64,000 nucleotides of DNA. Origin: Malacoraja senta. Lineage: Eukaryota. The stretch spans positions 620,001-684,000 of the forward strand of contig JAXLNO010000446.1 in NCBI GenBank assembly GCA_038087875.1, given 5' to 3'. Below, piece after piece: positions 25,937 through 37,634 of this stretch. A model generated the notes under the pieces. The model made no database searches, was not told the DNA's origin, and worked only from the letters and a program-made list of their open reading frames with translations. Every line of letters starts with the position of its first letter. Position 1 is the first letter of the stretch. The translations under genes and the position numbers were made by a program.

Positions 25937-26852
25937 ATATATATATATATATCAGTTTTATTCGTCACGTGCACATAAAGTGCAAGTGAAATTAATTTGT
26001 CAGCAGCGGTACAATGAAAAAGAACACACAAAAACACAATAAAAATGTAACACAAACATCCACCACAGCATTCATCACTGTGGTGGAAAACACAAAATTT
26101 GGCCAGTCCTCCTCCATTTCCCCCCGTGGTCGGGACCTCAACCCTCCGTAGCCCCCGCTGCGGGCGTCCAGATGTGCAGACAAGGTAAAAGTCCAGGTAA
26201 GTCCAGAATCGGCTCTTCCCCACCGGAGACCGCGGCTTCAAGTTGGTGTAGGCCGCAGGCCGGGGGTCGAAGATTTAAAGTTCCCGCCGCGCTGCAGCCG
26301 GAAGCACCGCAGACCGCAGGGCCGGCGGTCGAAGCTCCTCTCCACGGGTCCCCGGCGAGGGACCCCGCTTCTGATGGTAAGTCCCTGCCGCGCCCTCGGT
26401 AGAAGTGGCCGCGGGGCGGCAGTCAGAGCTTTTCTCCTCCCGGGTCCCCAACGAGGGTTCCCAGGCTGCGGACGGCGAGCCAGCTGGAGGTCTGCAGACC
26501 GCGGCTTCAGGCTGCCGTGGGCCAGGGAACGGAGCGCTCCCCTCCGGCGAGGTCTCGCCAGCTCCACGCCGAGAGTCCGCGCGCTGCGCCCGCTGCTGAA
26601 GCCCGATCGCTTCTCCGGGAAAGGCCGCACCGATCCTCGATGTTAGGCCACGGGGGAGGCGACATGGAAAAAGTCGCCTCTCCGTGGAGGAGGCGACCAA
26701 AACGGTTTACCCCTTATCCCTCACACCACCCCCCACACAAGGCACACAAAGAAACATTAAAAACATACATTAAAACACACACAAAAAATGTAAAAAGTTG
26801 AAAAGACTAACACGTTGCCGGCAGGGCTGCCGGCTTGCAGCGCCCCCACCGA
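25937..26852 (-). mobile_element. Non-autonomous GC-rich retroposon with (TA)n tail
   Basis: 3' module related to that of 16140-16745; no coding similarity recognised. Confidence 0.5.
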
Positions 26853-26965
26853 CTAAATCACTACCATGGTGTGCTCACTGCCACGCCTATATCAACAACA
26901 CAAACAGCAGACATTTTTCCCGCGCTAAAGTCCCGCCAAGTTTCAAGTTTCAATTTACTTTGTCA

Positions 26966-29000
26966 CTAGACCAAGGGGGACCCGCTAGGTCCCGTCCCCT
27001 CAACGCGGGGTGGTGGGCGGAAGCGGCCTTTGGCGTCACAAACACACTTGATATTATAATATTATTAATTCGCCCCTTTTACCCCATCCCCTGCCCTATC
27101 CACTCACACATAACCCCCAACTGCGCAGGCGTGGCTCGACAAGGGGTGGGGGCAGAGAGGGAGGGGGCAGAGAAGGAGGGCCCCCTCCCCCTTCCTCCCT
27201 CTCCACCCTACTCCCCCCTCTCCTCTCGTCGCGGAGCACGGATTCAGCCGCGGGACTGCCTTACTTACCATCACCCGGTGGGGTCACAACATCAGAAGCC
27301 TGGATCGCCTCAGCGCAGAGGGAGAAGAAAGCGGGAAGAGACAGAGACTTTAAGACTTTTGCCTCCATCACAGTGAGGAGGTGCCTGGTGGACTCACTGT
27401 GGTGGATGTTAAATTTGTGTTTATTGTGTGTTTTGTCATTTATTATTATATGTATGACTGCAGGCAACGAAATTTCGTTCAGACCGAAAGGTCTGAATGA
27501 CAAATAAAGGAATCTCTCTCTCTCTAATCTCCTCTTCCTCCTCCCCCTCCAGCCCCTCTCCTCTTCCCCCCTCCCCCTCCTCCCTCTACACCCCGCTCTC
27601 CTCTTCCCCCTCCCCTGATCTGAGGACGGCCAAAAGCAACGGAGGGCCGGCCGATCGTGGCTTCCGCGAGGGGAAGCCCACCCACCTGCGTGACAGACGA
27701 TCGGGCGGGTGAGGCGGAGAGGAATTCGTCCCCCGTGACGGCAAGGTGGGATCGGGATCAACAGCGAGGAAATGGCGTCACGATTCCCCGAGTCGCTGCG
27801 ATCAACGGAGGAATCGCAGGTCTCCATAGACGGCCTCTCCCAGAGGGATTAATGGCCTCCACGGTCACCTTCCCATCGCGGTCCTGCCGCCGCAATGTTG
27901 TAGACTTCAAGGAGCCCAGCGGAGCGCGCAGCACGATCTGAACATCACTTTAAAAACGCTAAGTGACAAATTTAAAGAAGTGAAAAGAATCCAAGAAGTA
28001 CAGAAGATAGAACGGGTGACGTCACTAGCAGCGCGAGCAGAGGCAGGCAGGCAGAGTCATTGTGACGTCATCAGCGAGACCATCTTGTTTACCAAGTTAT
28101 TTGATATTTTTGAACATTTTCATAAATAACTTGGTAAATAATACATTAAATTTTCAGATGAGATTTTTGACATCATGGCGTAAATCTCTATCGGAATATG
28201 TAAAGATTTCACCGTTAGCTCGTCGTGTTTTCGAGGAGATGTGAAACGCAGACGAACAAGACACACACACACAAGTAAATACACACACATTCAAGATCAG
28301 AGTTTTAATAGTTACTAGACCAAGTGCAGACCCGTTGGGTCTGTTCCTCCAACGCACGGTTGCTAGGGGGTGGGGGGGGCGGCATGCGGCGTCACATGCA
28401 CTAACCACCCCCACACACACACTAACTACCCCCCTGCACACACGCTAACTACCGCCCTTGATATATTAATATTATTAATTTGATGCTTTTACCCCACACC
28501 CGCCCTAATCACTGACAGGTGGGGTAGAGAGGGGGGGGTAGAGAGTGAGGGCAGAGAGAGAGAGAGAGAGGGGCAGAGACAGAAGGGCAAGAGACAGAGG
28601 GAGAGGGGGGTGGAGGGGAGGAGGAGAGGGAGGGTGGGGGATGGGAGGAGAGGGGGACGAGAGAGGGGAGGAGAGAGGGGAGGAGAGAGAGGGAGAGAGG
28701 GGGGCTGAGAGGGGTGGAGGGGAGAAGGGGGTTTAGGGGAGGGAGGGAGGGAGGGGGAGAGAGAGGGGGGGGAGGAGAGAGAGGGCAGAGAGAGATGGGG
28801 GGAGAGGGCGGAGAGAGAGAAAGGGAGTGAGACAGAGGGGGAGAGAGAGACAGAGAGGGGAGAGAGACAGAGAGGGGAAGAGAGAGAGACAGAGAGGGAA
28901 GAGGGAGAGGGGGGGAGAGGAGTGGGGCGGGGTCCGAGCAAGCCCGGAGCGATCCGAGGTCCAAAGATCCTATAGCGAGCTAAATAGTGGGGGGGCGGGA
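26966..29000 (-). mobile_element. Two tandem non-autonomous Helitron-like elements
   Basis: Minus-strand hairpin plus CTAG|T termini at 26966 (gggacc-tagcg-ggtccc..ttggtCTAG) and 28315 (cagaccc-aac-gggtctg..ttggtCTAG), with shared subterminal sequence. Confidence 0.6.
28520..28925 (+). repeat. GA-rich polypurine low-complexity tract
   Basis: About 400 nt of almost only G and A. Confidence 0.9.
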
Positions 29001-29019
29001 TTGACAAATTGAGAGTATA

Positions 29020-29712
29020 AAGATGGAGTTGAAGGGGAAGTGGCTACAGGAAAAGTTACAAAACATTCTCGAATTAATGGGAAGGAAAGCTCGAGAAGGG
29101 ACAACAGAGTAAGGTCAGGGCCAATTGCGAGCGGTGTGAGTGGGGGAAGTGAATACAGAGGTCAAAGTGCTGTATATGAATGCACGAAGTATAAGGAATA
29201 AAGTGGACGAGCTTGAGGCTCAGTTAGAAACTGGCATGTATGATGTGGGAATTACTGAGACATGGCTGCAAGAGGGCCAGGGTTGGGAACTGAATATCCA
29301 AGGGCATACCTCCTATCGAAAAGACAGACAGGTGGGCAGAGGGGTGGGGTTGCCCTGTTGGTGAGGAATGAAATTCAGTCCCTTGCAAGGGGTGACATTG
29401 AAACAGGAGATGTGGAGTCAGTATGGATAGAACTAAGGGTAAAAAGACCCTAATGGGACTAATCTACAGGCCCCCAAACAGTAGCCTGGACATAGGGCGC
29501 AAATTGAATCAGAGGTTAAAATTGGCATGTAGCAAAAGTAATGCTGTGGTTGTTATGGAAGATATCAACATGCAGGTAGACTGGGAAAATCAGGTGGGTA
29601 CTGGACCCCAAGAAAGGGACTTTGCAGTGTGCCTTCGTGATGGATTCTAAGAACAGCTTGTATTGGAGTCTACCAGGGAGAAGGCAATTCTGGATTTAGT
29701 GCTATGTAATGA
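29020..29712 (+). mobile_element. Degenerate CR1 endonuclease fragment
   Basis: LYMNARSIRNKVDEL, VGITETWL and IYRPPNS motifs with frameshifts. Confidence 0.85.
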
Positions 29713-31326
29713 AAAGACTATACATGATTATAATCAAGCTGTCCACAGTGTACAGATAAACTAGAAAGTGTACAATGAAAGATAGTTTGATGGTCTCTAA
29801 TGAAGGGATAGAGGGGATTTACTACAAGAGGGGATTTACTACAAGGATAGAGTGGATTTACTACAAGGAAAAGTTGGACAGACTTGGAGAAACAAGAAAC
29901 TAGATGCTGGTTTATAAAAAAAAGAGGCTATACGTTGCAGGAGCGGAATTAGGCCATTCGGCCCATCGTCTACTCCACCATTGAATCATGGCTGATCTAT
30001 CTTTCCTTCTGAACCCCATTCTCCTGCCTTCTCCCCAAAACCCAACACCCTTACTAATCAAGAATCTGTCAATCTCTGCCTCAAAATATCCATTGACGAC
30101 CTCCACAGACTTCTGCGGCAATGAATTCCACAGATTCACCACCCTCTGACTAAAGAAATTCCTCCTCATCTACTTTGAAAAGGTACGTCCTTTAATTCTG
30201 AGGCTGTGCCCTCTGGTCCTAGACTCTCCAACCAGTGGAAACATCCTCTCCACATCCACTCTATCCCAGCCTTTCACTTCAGTAAGTTTCATCAAACTCT
30301 CATCATATGTGAACCCACTCATTCCTGGGCTCATTCCTGTAAACCTCCTCTGGACCCTCTCTAACGCCAGCATACCCATCCAGCACATTTTTATCTTTTT
30401 TTGTAGACCAGCATCTGCAGTTCCTTATATTCACATAGTGCTGGAGTAACTCAGCGGGTCAGGCAGCATCTGTGGAGAACATGGATAGGTGACATTTCAC
30501 AGAGTGCTGGAGTAACTCAGCGGGTCAGGCAGCATCTCTGGAGAACATAGATAGGTGATGTTTCAGGTTGAGACCCTTCTTTAGTCATTTTTGTTGTGAA
30601 CCAGCATCTGCAGTTCCTTGTGTCCACTTCTGGCAAGTGAACAGTGGATACATATGGAAGGGAGTGAATGACAAATGGGTGACAAAGTGACAAAGGCTGG
30701 AGGTGAAAAGGAGGCAAAAAGGAGAGAAGATGAGTGAAATGCAAAGCCGGATGGAAGGATATTGTTGGGAGAGAAGAGGTGTGGAGGTTTGCGTATGGTG
30801 GAAGTGGACAGGATGGCTCCTTCCTGAAGACCTCCCTGTCATCTGCCAGAGTGGATAGGATGGGTGTAGATGGACAGAGTGGTCAGCTCGGATCACGCGC
30901 TGAACGTACAGTGTAAAGAGGCAGGAGAACCAAGGAGTGAGCTGGTAGAACTGCTGCCTCACAGCGCCAGAGACCCGGGTTCGATCTTGACCTTGGGCGC
31001 TGAATGTGTGGAGTTTGCACGTTCACCCTGTGACCGTGTGGGTTTTCTCCGGGTGTTCTTAATTGTCCCCCTGTAAATTGCCCCTGGTGGGATAACATAG
31101 AACTAGTGTCAACCATCGTCAGCACATGGATTCGGTGGGACGAAGTGCCCGTTTCAATGCTGTGTCTGAACTAGACTAAAATATCAAGCATGGCCCGGGG
31201 CGCAGGGAAGGGAGAGAGAGCGGAGGGAGAAGTGGGTGAGGACAGGGAAGGGGAAGAGGCAGGGAGAAGAGGAGAGGGAGGGCAGCGAGAACAATGCACG
31301 GCGCTGGGAGCGAGCGCTGTACTTAC

Positions 31327-31477
31327 CTTGCTCGGCAGCCTCCCGGTACGGCCAGGTACACAGCACCAGCGGGAGGAGCTGCTCTCCCCGCGGTCCCACC
31401 AACGCACACCAGCCGCCCAGCGCCAGAGCCAACACGGCCAGAGCCAGCACCGCCGCTGCAACACATCGCAGCCCCAT
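31327..31477 (-). CDS. AGA: AGA gene B exon 1, distal duplicated copy
   Basis: gccATGg Kozak context. Encodes MGLRCVAAAVLALAVLALALGGWCALVGPRGEQLLPLVLCTWPYREAAEQ, then G|gtaagt. Open frame and intact donor; whether it is used is unproven. Confidence 0.75.
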
Positions 31478-31569
31478 GGCAGCCAGCGTCCGGCAACACA
31501 CACACACACACACACAGACCGAGCCCCGTGGAACCACCCTATCCCGATACAACGCCCCGGCTCGCTGCG

Positions 31570-31612
31570 CCGTTCCAATAGACAATAGACAGCGCGTTCC
31601 GCCCCCCGCCCT
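31570..31612 (-). promoter_or_regulatory. CCAAT plus GC-box promoter elements upstream of distal exon 1
   Basis: ccaat and ccgccccccgccc in a CpG-rich stretch. Confidence 0.45.
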
Positions 31613-31934
31613 CTGCAATGATCTCCACCCTGGGGAAGTCAAGAGAGTTTACTTGTCATGTGGACCGGGCAACTCAACACTCATTCTTACTTGCTGCCCT
31701 TTGCAGGCTCGTTAGTGTAACAACACACGGATGAATGAATGCACAATAATCGGGATAGATAGGGTTCATTGTTCCATGTGGGACATATGACAATAGGGGG
31801 ATTGCGCGTATGGTCATCGGGTCGAAGGGCGTGAAGCACCGAGCAGCTCAATCCATCTGGAGGACAAGGCAGCCTCTGGCATACACCGTTAATACACGAA
31901 ATGCGTACTTTCTTCCCTGTTAAAAACCGCCAAA

Positions 31935-32090
31935 ATGGTCATTTTTTGCGCTGTAAATAATTGTGGAAATCGGGGTAACCGTGAGAGACATTTATCCTAC
32001 TCCAGAATTCCAAACGTGAGGAGAAATGATTGTGGAGAGAAGCGACAGCTGAAGGGACAACAACAGCTGCCGTGGTTGGCGAACATTGGC
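31935..32090 (+). pseudogene. Transposon-derived THAP zinc-finger fragment
   Basis: MVIFCAVNNC...SYSRIP...WLANIG; truncated by a MITE. Confidence 0.65.
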
Positions 32091-32480
32091 CTGCAGATAC
32101 AAAATTTTAAAATCGCCCATAGTTCTCGTGGGTTTTTACATGCAAAAAGAAAACGCTTCTGAAGCTAAATTTATCATTAAAAAAATCTCCAGACTTACTA
32201 GTGGTGTGTGGAAAAGAACGTTTTCTATCATTATGCTATTGAGATTTATATTTTGGCAAATAATAAAAATGTCCTGACAGCTTAAACACACACTCTCAAA
32301 GATATTGTCAATTTGCTGAGGTTGATTATGTCCAATTAACAGCTAACAATTATGCCATTCCTTAGCTTGCATCTGAGTAAAATGTAATTCAAAACCCACG
32401 TATGGTTTGCGATTTTTAAATGATAAATTTAGCATCAGAAGCGTTTTCCTTTTGTATGGCTTTTAAAATTTTACTGCCAG
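32090..32480. mobile_element. AT-rich MITE-like element with long imperfect TIRs
   Basis: aaaattttaaaa..gaaaacgcttctgaagctaaatttatcatt at 32100-32185 is mirrored at 32411-32480. Confidence 0.6.
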
Positions 32481-35400
32481 ATTTAATTTAATGCAAAATG
32501 CGGGCAGAAGCAATAGGTAGCAAGGTGAAAAGTAAAAGTGGCAGGCAGACAAATCCAGGGCAAAAATCAAAAAGAGCCACGTTCCAACATAATTGTATAA
32601 GGGGTAAGAGCGTTGTAAAAACAAGCCTGAAGGCTTTGTGTCTCAATGCAAGGAGCATTCGTAATAAGGTCGATGAGTTGAACGTGCAGATAGCAATTAA
32701 TGATTATGATATAGTTGGGATCACGGAGACATGGCTCCAGGGTGACAAAGGCTGGGAGCTGAACATCCAGGGATATTCAATATTCAGGAGGGATAGAGAG
32801 AAAGGAAAAGGAGGTGGGGTAGCGTTGCTGGTTAGAGAGGAGATTAACGCAGTGGAAAGGAAGGACATTAGCTTGGAGGATGTGGAATCGGTATGGGTAG
32901 AGCTGCGAAACACTAAGGGGCAGAAAACGCTGGTGGGTGTTGTATACAGGCCACCTAACAGTAGTAGTGAAGTTGGGGATGGCATCAAACAGGAAATTAG
33001 AAATGCGTGCAACAAAGGCAAAACAGTTATAATGGGTGACTTCAATCTACATATAGATTGGGTGAATCAAATTGGCAGGGGTGCTGAGGAAGAGGATTTC
33101 TTGGAATGTATGAGGGATAGTTATCTAAACCAACATGTAGAGGAACCAACGAGAGAGCAGGCTATTCTAGACTGGGTATTGAGTAATGAGGAAGGGTTAG
33201 TTAGCAGACATGTTGTGCGTGCCCCCTTGGGCAAGAGTGACCATAATATGGTTGAGTTCTTCATTAGGATGGAGAGTGACATTGTTAATTCAGAAACAAC
33301 GGTTCTGAACTTAAAGAAAGGTAACTTTGAGGATATGAGATGTGAATTGGCCAAGATTGACTGGCAATTAGTTCTAAAAGGGTTGACGGTGGATATGCAA
33401 TGGAAGGCATTTAAAGACTGCATGGATGAACTACAAAAAATGTTCATCCCAGTTTGGCAAAAGAATAAATTAGGGAAGGTAGTGCATCCGTGGATAACAA
33501 GGGACATCAGGGATAGTATCAAAGCAAAAGATGTTGCGTACAAATTAGTCAGAAAAAGCAGCATACCAGAGGACTGGGAGAAATTCAGAGACCAGCAGAG
33601 GAGGACAAAGGGCTTAATTAGGAAAGGGAAAATAGATTATGAAAGGAAACTGGCAGGGAACATAAAAACTGACTGCAAAAGTTTTTATAGATATGTGAAG
33701 AGAAAGAGATTAGTTAAAACAAATGTAGGTCCCTTGCAGTCAGAAACAGGTGAATTGATCATGGGGAACAAGGATATGGCGGACCAATTGAATAACTACT
33801 TTGGTTCCGTCTTCACTAAGGAAGACATAAATAATCTGCCGGAAATAGCAGGGGGCCGCGGGTCAAAGGAGATGGAAGAACTGAGTGAAATCCAGGTTAG
33901 TCGGGAAGTGGTGTTGGGTAAATTGAATGGATTAAAGGCCGATAAATCACCAGGGCCAGATAGGCTGCATCCCAGAGTACTTAAGGAAGTAGCTCCAGCA
34001 ATAGTGGATGCATTGGCGATAATTTTTCAAAATTCTTTAGATTCTGGAGTAGTTCCTGAGGATTGGAGGGTAGCAAACGTAACCCCACTTTTTAAGAAGG
34101 GAGGGAGAGAGAAAACGGGGAATTACAGACCAGTTAGTCTAACATCGGTAGTGGGGAAACTGCTAGAGTCAGTTATTAAAGATGGGATAGCAGCACATTT
34201 GGAAAGTGGTGAAATCATTGGACAAAGTCAGCATGGATTTACGAAAGGTAAATCGTGTCTGACGAATCTTATAGAATTTTTCGAGGATGTAACTAGTAGA
34301 GTGGATAGGGGAGAACCAGTGGATGTGTTGTATCTGGACTTTCAGAAGGCTTTCGACAAGGTACCACATAAGAGATTAGGATACAAGCTTAAATCACATG
34401 GTATTGGGGGTTCAGTATTGATGTGGATAGAGAACTGGCTGGCAAACAGGAAGCAAAGAGTAGGAGTAAACGGGTCCTTTTCACAATGGCAGGCAGTGAC
34501 TAGTGGGGTACCGCAAGGCTCAGTGCTGGGACCCCAGCTATTTACAATTTATATTAATGATCTGGACGAGGGAATTGAAAGCAACATCTCCAAGTTTGCG
34601 GATGACACTAAGCTGGGGGGCAGTGTTAACTGTGAGGAGGATGCTAGGAGACTGCAAGGTGACTTGGATAGGCTGGGGGAGTGGGCAAATGTTTGGCAGA
34701 TGCAGTATAATGTGGATAAATGTGAGGTTATCCACTTTGGTGGCAAAAACGGGAAGGCAGACTATTATCTAAATGGTGGCCGATTAGGAAATGGGGAGGT
34801 GCAGCGAGACCTGGGTGTCATGGTACACCAGTCATTGAAAGTAGGCATGCAGGTGCAGCAGGCAGTGAAGAAAGCGAATGGTATGTTGGCCTTCATAGCA
34901 AGAGGATTTGAGTATAGGAGCAGGGAGGTTCTACTGCAGTTGTACAGGGTCTTGGTGAGACCACACCTGGAGTATTGCGTACAGTTTTGGTCTCCAAATC
35001 TGAGGAAGGACATTATAGCCATAGAGGGAGTGCAGAGAAGGTTCACCAGACTGATTCCTGGGATGTCAGGACTTTCATATGAAGAAAGACTGGATAGACT
35101 TGGCTTATACTCGCTTGAATTTAGGAGATTGAGAGGGGATCTTATAGAAACGTACAAAATTCTTATGGGATTGGACAGGCTAGATGCAGGAAGATTGTTC
35201 CCGATGTTGGGGAAGTCCAGGACAAGGGGTCACAGCTTAAGGATAAGGGGGAAATCCTTTAAGACCGAGATGAGGAAAAACTTTTTCACACAGAGTGGTG
35301 AATCTCTGGAACTCTCTGCCACAGAGGGTAGTTGACGCCAGTTCATTGGCTATATTTAAGAGGGAGTTAGATGTGGCCCTTGTGGCTAAAGGGATCAGGG

Positions 35401-35530
35401 GGTATGGAGAGAAGGCAGGTACGGGATACTGAGTTGGATGATCAGCCATGATCATATTGAATGGCGGTGCAGGCTCGAAGGGCCGAATGGCCTACTCCTG
35501 CACCTATTTTCTATGTATCTATGTATCTAT
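32480..35530 (+). mobile_element. CR1 LINE with near-complete ORF2 (APE plus RT, 945 aa)
   Basis: ORF 32498-35335 with NARSIRNK, ITETWL, GDFN, SDHN, NYRPVSLTS and KFADDTKL. Frameshift near 35290 close to the C-terminus; (tatctatg)n tail. Confidence 0.96.
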
Positions 35531-35584
35531 CACTTCTGAAACTTTTTAGATACCAATCGAATCAAGAAAAAACACAAATAATGC

Positions 35585-35808
35585 CTTACTGTTGATGAAA
35601 TGCAGTGAGCAAACGTGATAATGCCTAATATTTTCAATCTTGATATCAGCCGGGCAATGTTCGCCAACCACTTTAGCTGTTGTTGTCCCTTCAGCTCTCG
35701 CTTCTCTCCACCATCATTACTCCTCACTTTTGGAATTCTGAAGTAGGATAAATGTCTCTCACGGTTACCCTGAGCTCCACAATTATTTACAGAACAAACA
35801 TTGACCAT
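35585..35808 (-). pseudogene. Transposon-derived THAP domain with one frameshift
   Basis: MVNVCSVNNC..SYFRIPK..KWLANIAR/ADIKIENIRHYHVCSLHFIN shows the C2CH and P/W/F THAP signature and ends at a gtaag donor-like site. Confidence 0.75.
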
Positions 35809-36184
35809 TTCGGCATTTTCTAACAGGTAAGAACACGTACTTTCTTACCTGTTAAAAACCGCCGAAATGATCCATTTTTATGCTGTAAATAATTGTAGAA
35901 GGTGACTGAGTTCTCTGAACCAAATGCTCCAGTATCTTTGCTCTGAACCCGAGCATGGTGTAATCGGCCGATGGAGCGCATCCCTCGGGACAGCACCCCG
36001 GGGTCAGTGATGTCCGGCCACGCCACGGCCACCCTCCGCCCCCCCACCCGACTGCGGGGACAGACGGCCCGGGGTCCGCGAGCGTGGAACCAGAGTGTGG
36101 AGTCTGGATGCTGGGACAGAAGAAGGGCCGGCTGTGCTGGCAGCCATAGTAAATGCTTACCTGACATTCTCCGCTTGTACTCCA

Positions 36185-36203
36185 GTTGCCGTTGCGTGGC
36201 AAC
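36185..36203. promoter_or_regulatory. RFX X-box-like motif in a CpG-rich patch
   Basis: gttgccGTTGCGTGGCAAC resembles the GTTGCC-N-GGCAAC X-box. It lies about 20 nt upstream of ATGTCAG|gtaagc on the minus strand. Confidence 0.45.
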
Positions 36204-36630
36204 AGTACGGGTCACAGGTTGTGACCTCGATGCTGTGCAACCAACACTGTTGACTCTTGAATGCCCAGTCTTTTACCCAGGGAAGTGAAATCAAGAACCA
36301 GAGGGCATAGGTTTTTAGTAAGAGTTAAGTTTAGAGATACAGTGCAGAAACAGGCCCTTCAGCCCACCGAGTCTGCGCTGATACGTAGACTAGCACTATC
36401 CTACACACTAGGGACAATTTACTGAAGCCTACAAACCTGTACGTCTTTGGAGTTTGGGAGGAAACAGGAGAAAACCCACGCAGTCACAAGGGGGAACGTA
36501 CAAACTCCGTACCAACAGCACCCGTAGTCAGGATTGAACCCGGGTTGCTGGCGCTGCACGGCAACAACTACCGCTGCGCCACCCCTAAGAGGGGAAAGAT
36601 GTAACAGGAAAAAAGACACAGAGGGCTGGA

Positions 36631-37596
36631 GTAACTCAGTGGGTCAGGCAGCAACTCAGTGGGTCAGGCAGCAACTCAGTGGGTCAGGCAGTAACTCAGT
36701 GGGTCAGGCAGCAACTCAGTGGGTCAGGCAGTAACTCAGTGGGTCAGGCAGTAACTCAGTGGGTCAGACTGTAACTCAATGGGTCAGGCAGTAACTCAGT
36801 GGGTCAGGCAGTAACTCAGTGGGTCAGGCAGCAACTCAGTGGGTCAGGCAGCAACTCAGTGGGTCAGGCAGCAACTCAGTGGGTCAGGCAGCAACTCAGT
36901 GGGTCAGGCAGCAACTGAGTGGGTCAGGCAGTAACTCAGTGGGTCAGGCAGCAACTCAGTGGGTCAGGCAGCAACTCAGTGGGTCAGGCAGCAACTCAGT
37001 GGGTCAGGCAGTAACTCAGTGGGTCAGGCAGTAACTCAGTGGGTCAGGCAGCAACTCAGTGGGTCAGGCAGCAACTCAGTGGGTCAGGCAGCAACTCAGT
37101 GGGTCAGGCAGTAACTCAGTGGGTCAGGCAGTAACTCAGTGGGTCAGGCAACTCAGTGGGTCAGGCAGCAACTCAGTGGGTCAGGCAGTAACTCAGTGGG
37201 TCAGGCAGTAACTCAGTGGGTCAGGCAGCAACTCAGTGGGTCAGGCAGCAACTCAGTGGGTCAGGCAGCAACTCAGTGGGTCAGGCAGCAACTCAGTGGG
37301 TCAGGCAGTAACTCAGTGGGTCAGGCAGTAACTCAGTGGGTCAGGCAGCAACTCAGTGGGTCAGGCAGCAACTCAGTGGGTCAGGCAGCAACGCAGTGGG
37401 TCAGGCAGTAACTCAGTGGGTCAGGCAGTAACTCAGTGGGTCAGGCAGCAACTCAGTGGGTCAGGCAGTAACTCAGTGGGTCAGACTGTAACTCAATGGG
37501 TCAGGCAGTAACTCAGTGGGTCAGGCAGCAACTCAGTGGGTCAGGCAGTAACTCAGTGGGTCAGACTGTAACTCAATGGGTCAGGCAGTAACTCAG
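36631..37596 (+). repeat. 20-bp minisatellite (gYaactcagtgggtcaggca), about 48 copies
   Basis: Direct tandem units with no spacers; the unit is a segment of the ubiquitous Penelope-derived short repeat. Confidence 0.95.
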
Positions 37597-37634
37597 CGGA
37601 ATATGGATGGTCGTTTTGTAAACCAGCATTTGCA

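Noticed and set aside
26172..27941. Overlapping Arg/Pro/Gly-rich ORFs in GC-rich sequence
   Set aside because: They lie within retroposon or Helitron-like repeats; high GC explains the stop depletion and no domain was recognised.
28489..29007. Pro/Ser/Leu-rich ORFs
   Set aside because: Translation of a GA/CT low-complexity tract.
36631..37596. CRISPR-like array
   Set aside because: Units are contiguous with no unique spacers, the context is eukaryotic and there are no cas genes; it is a minisatellite.
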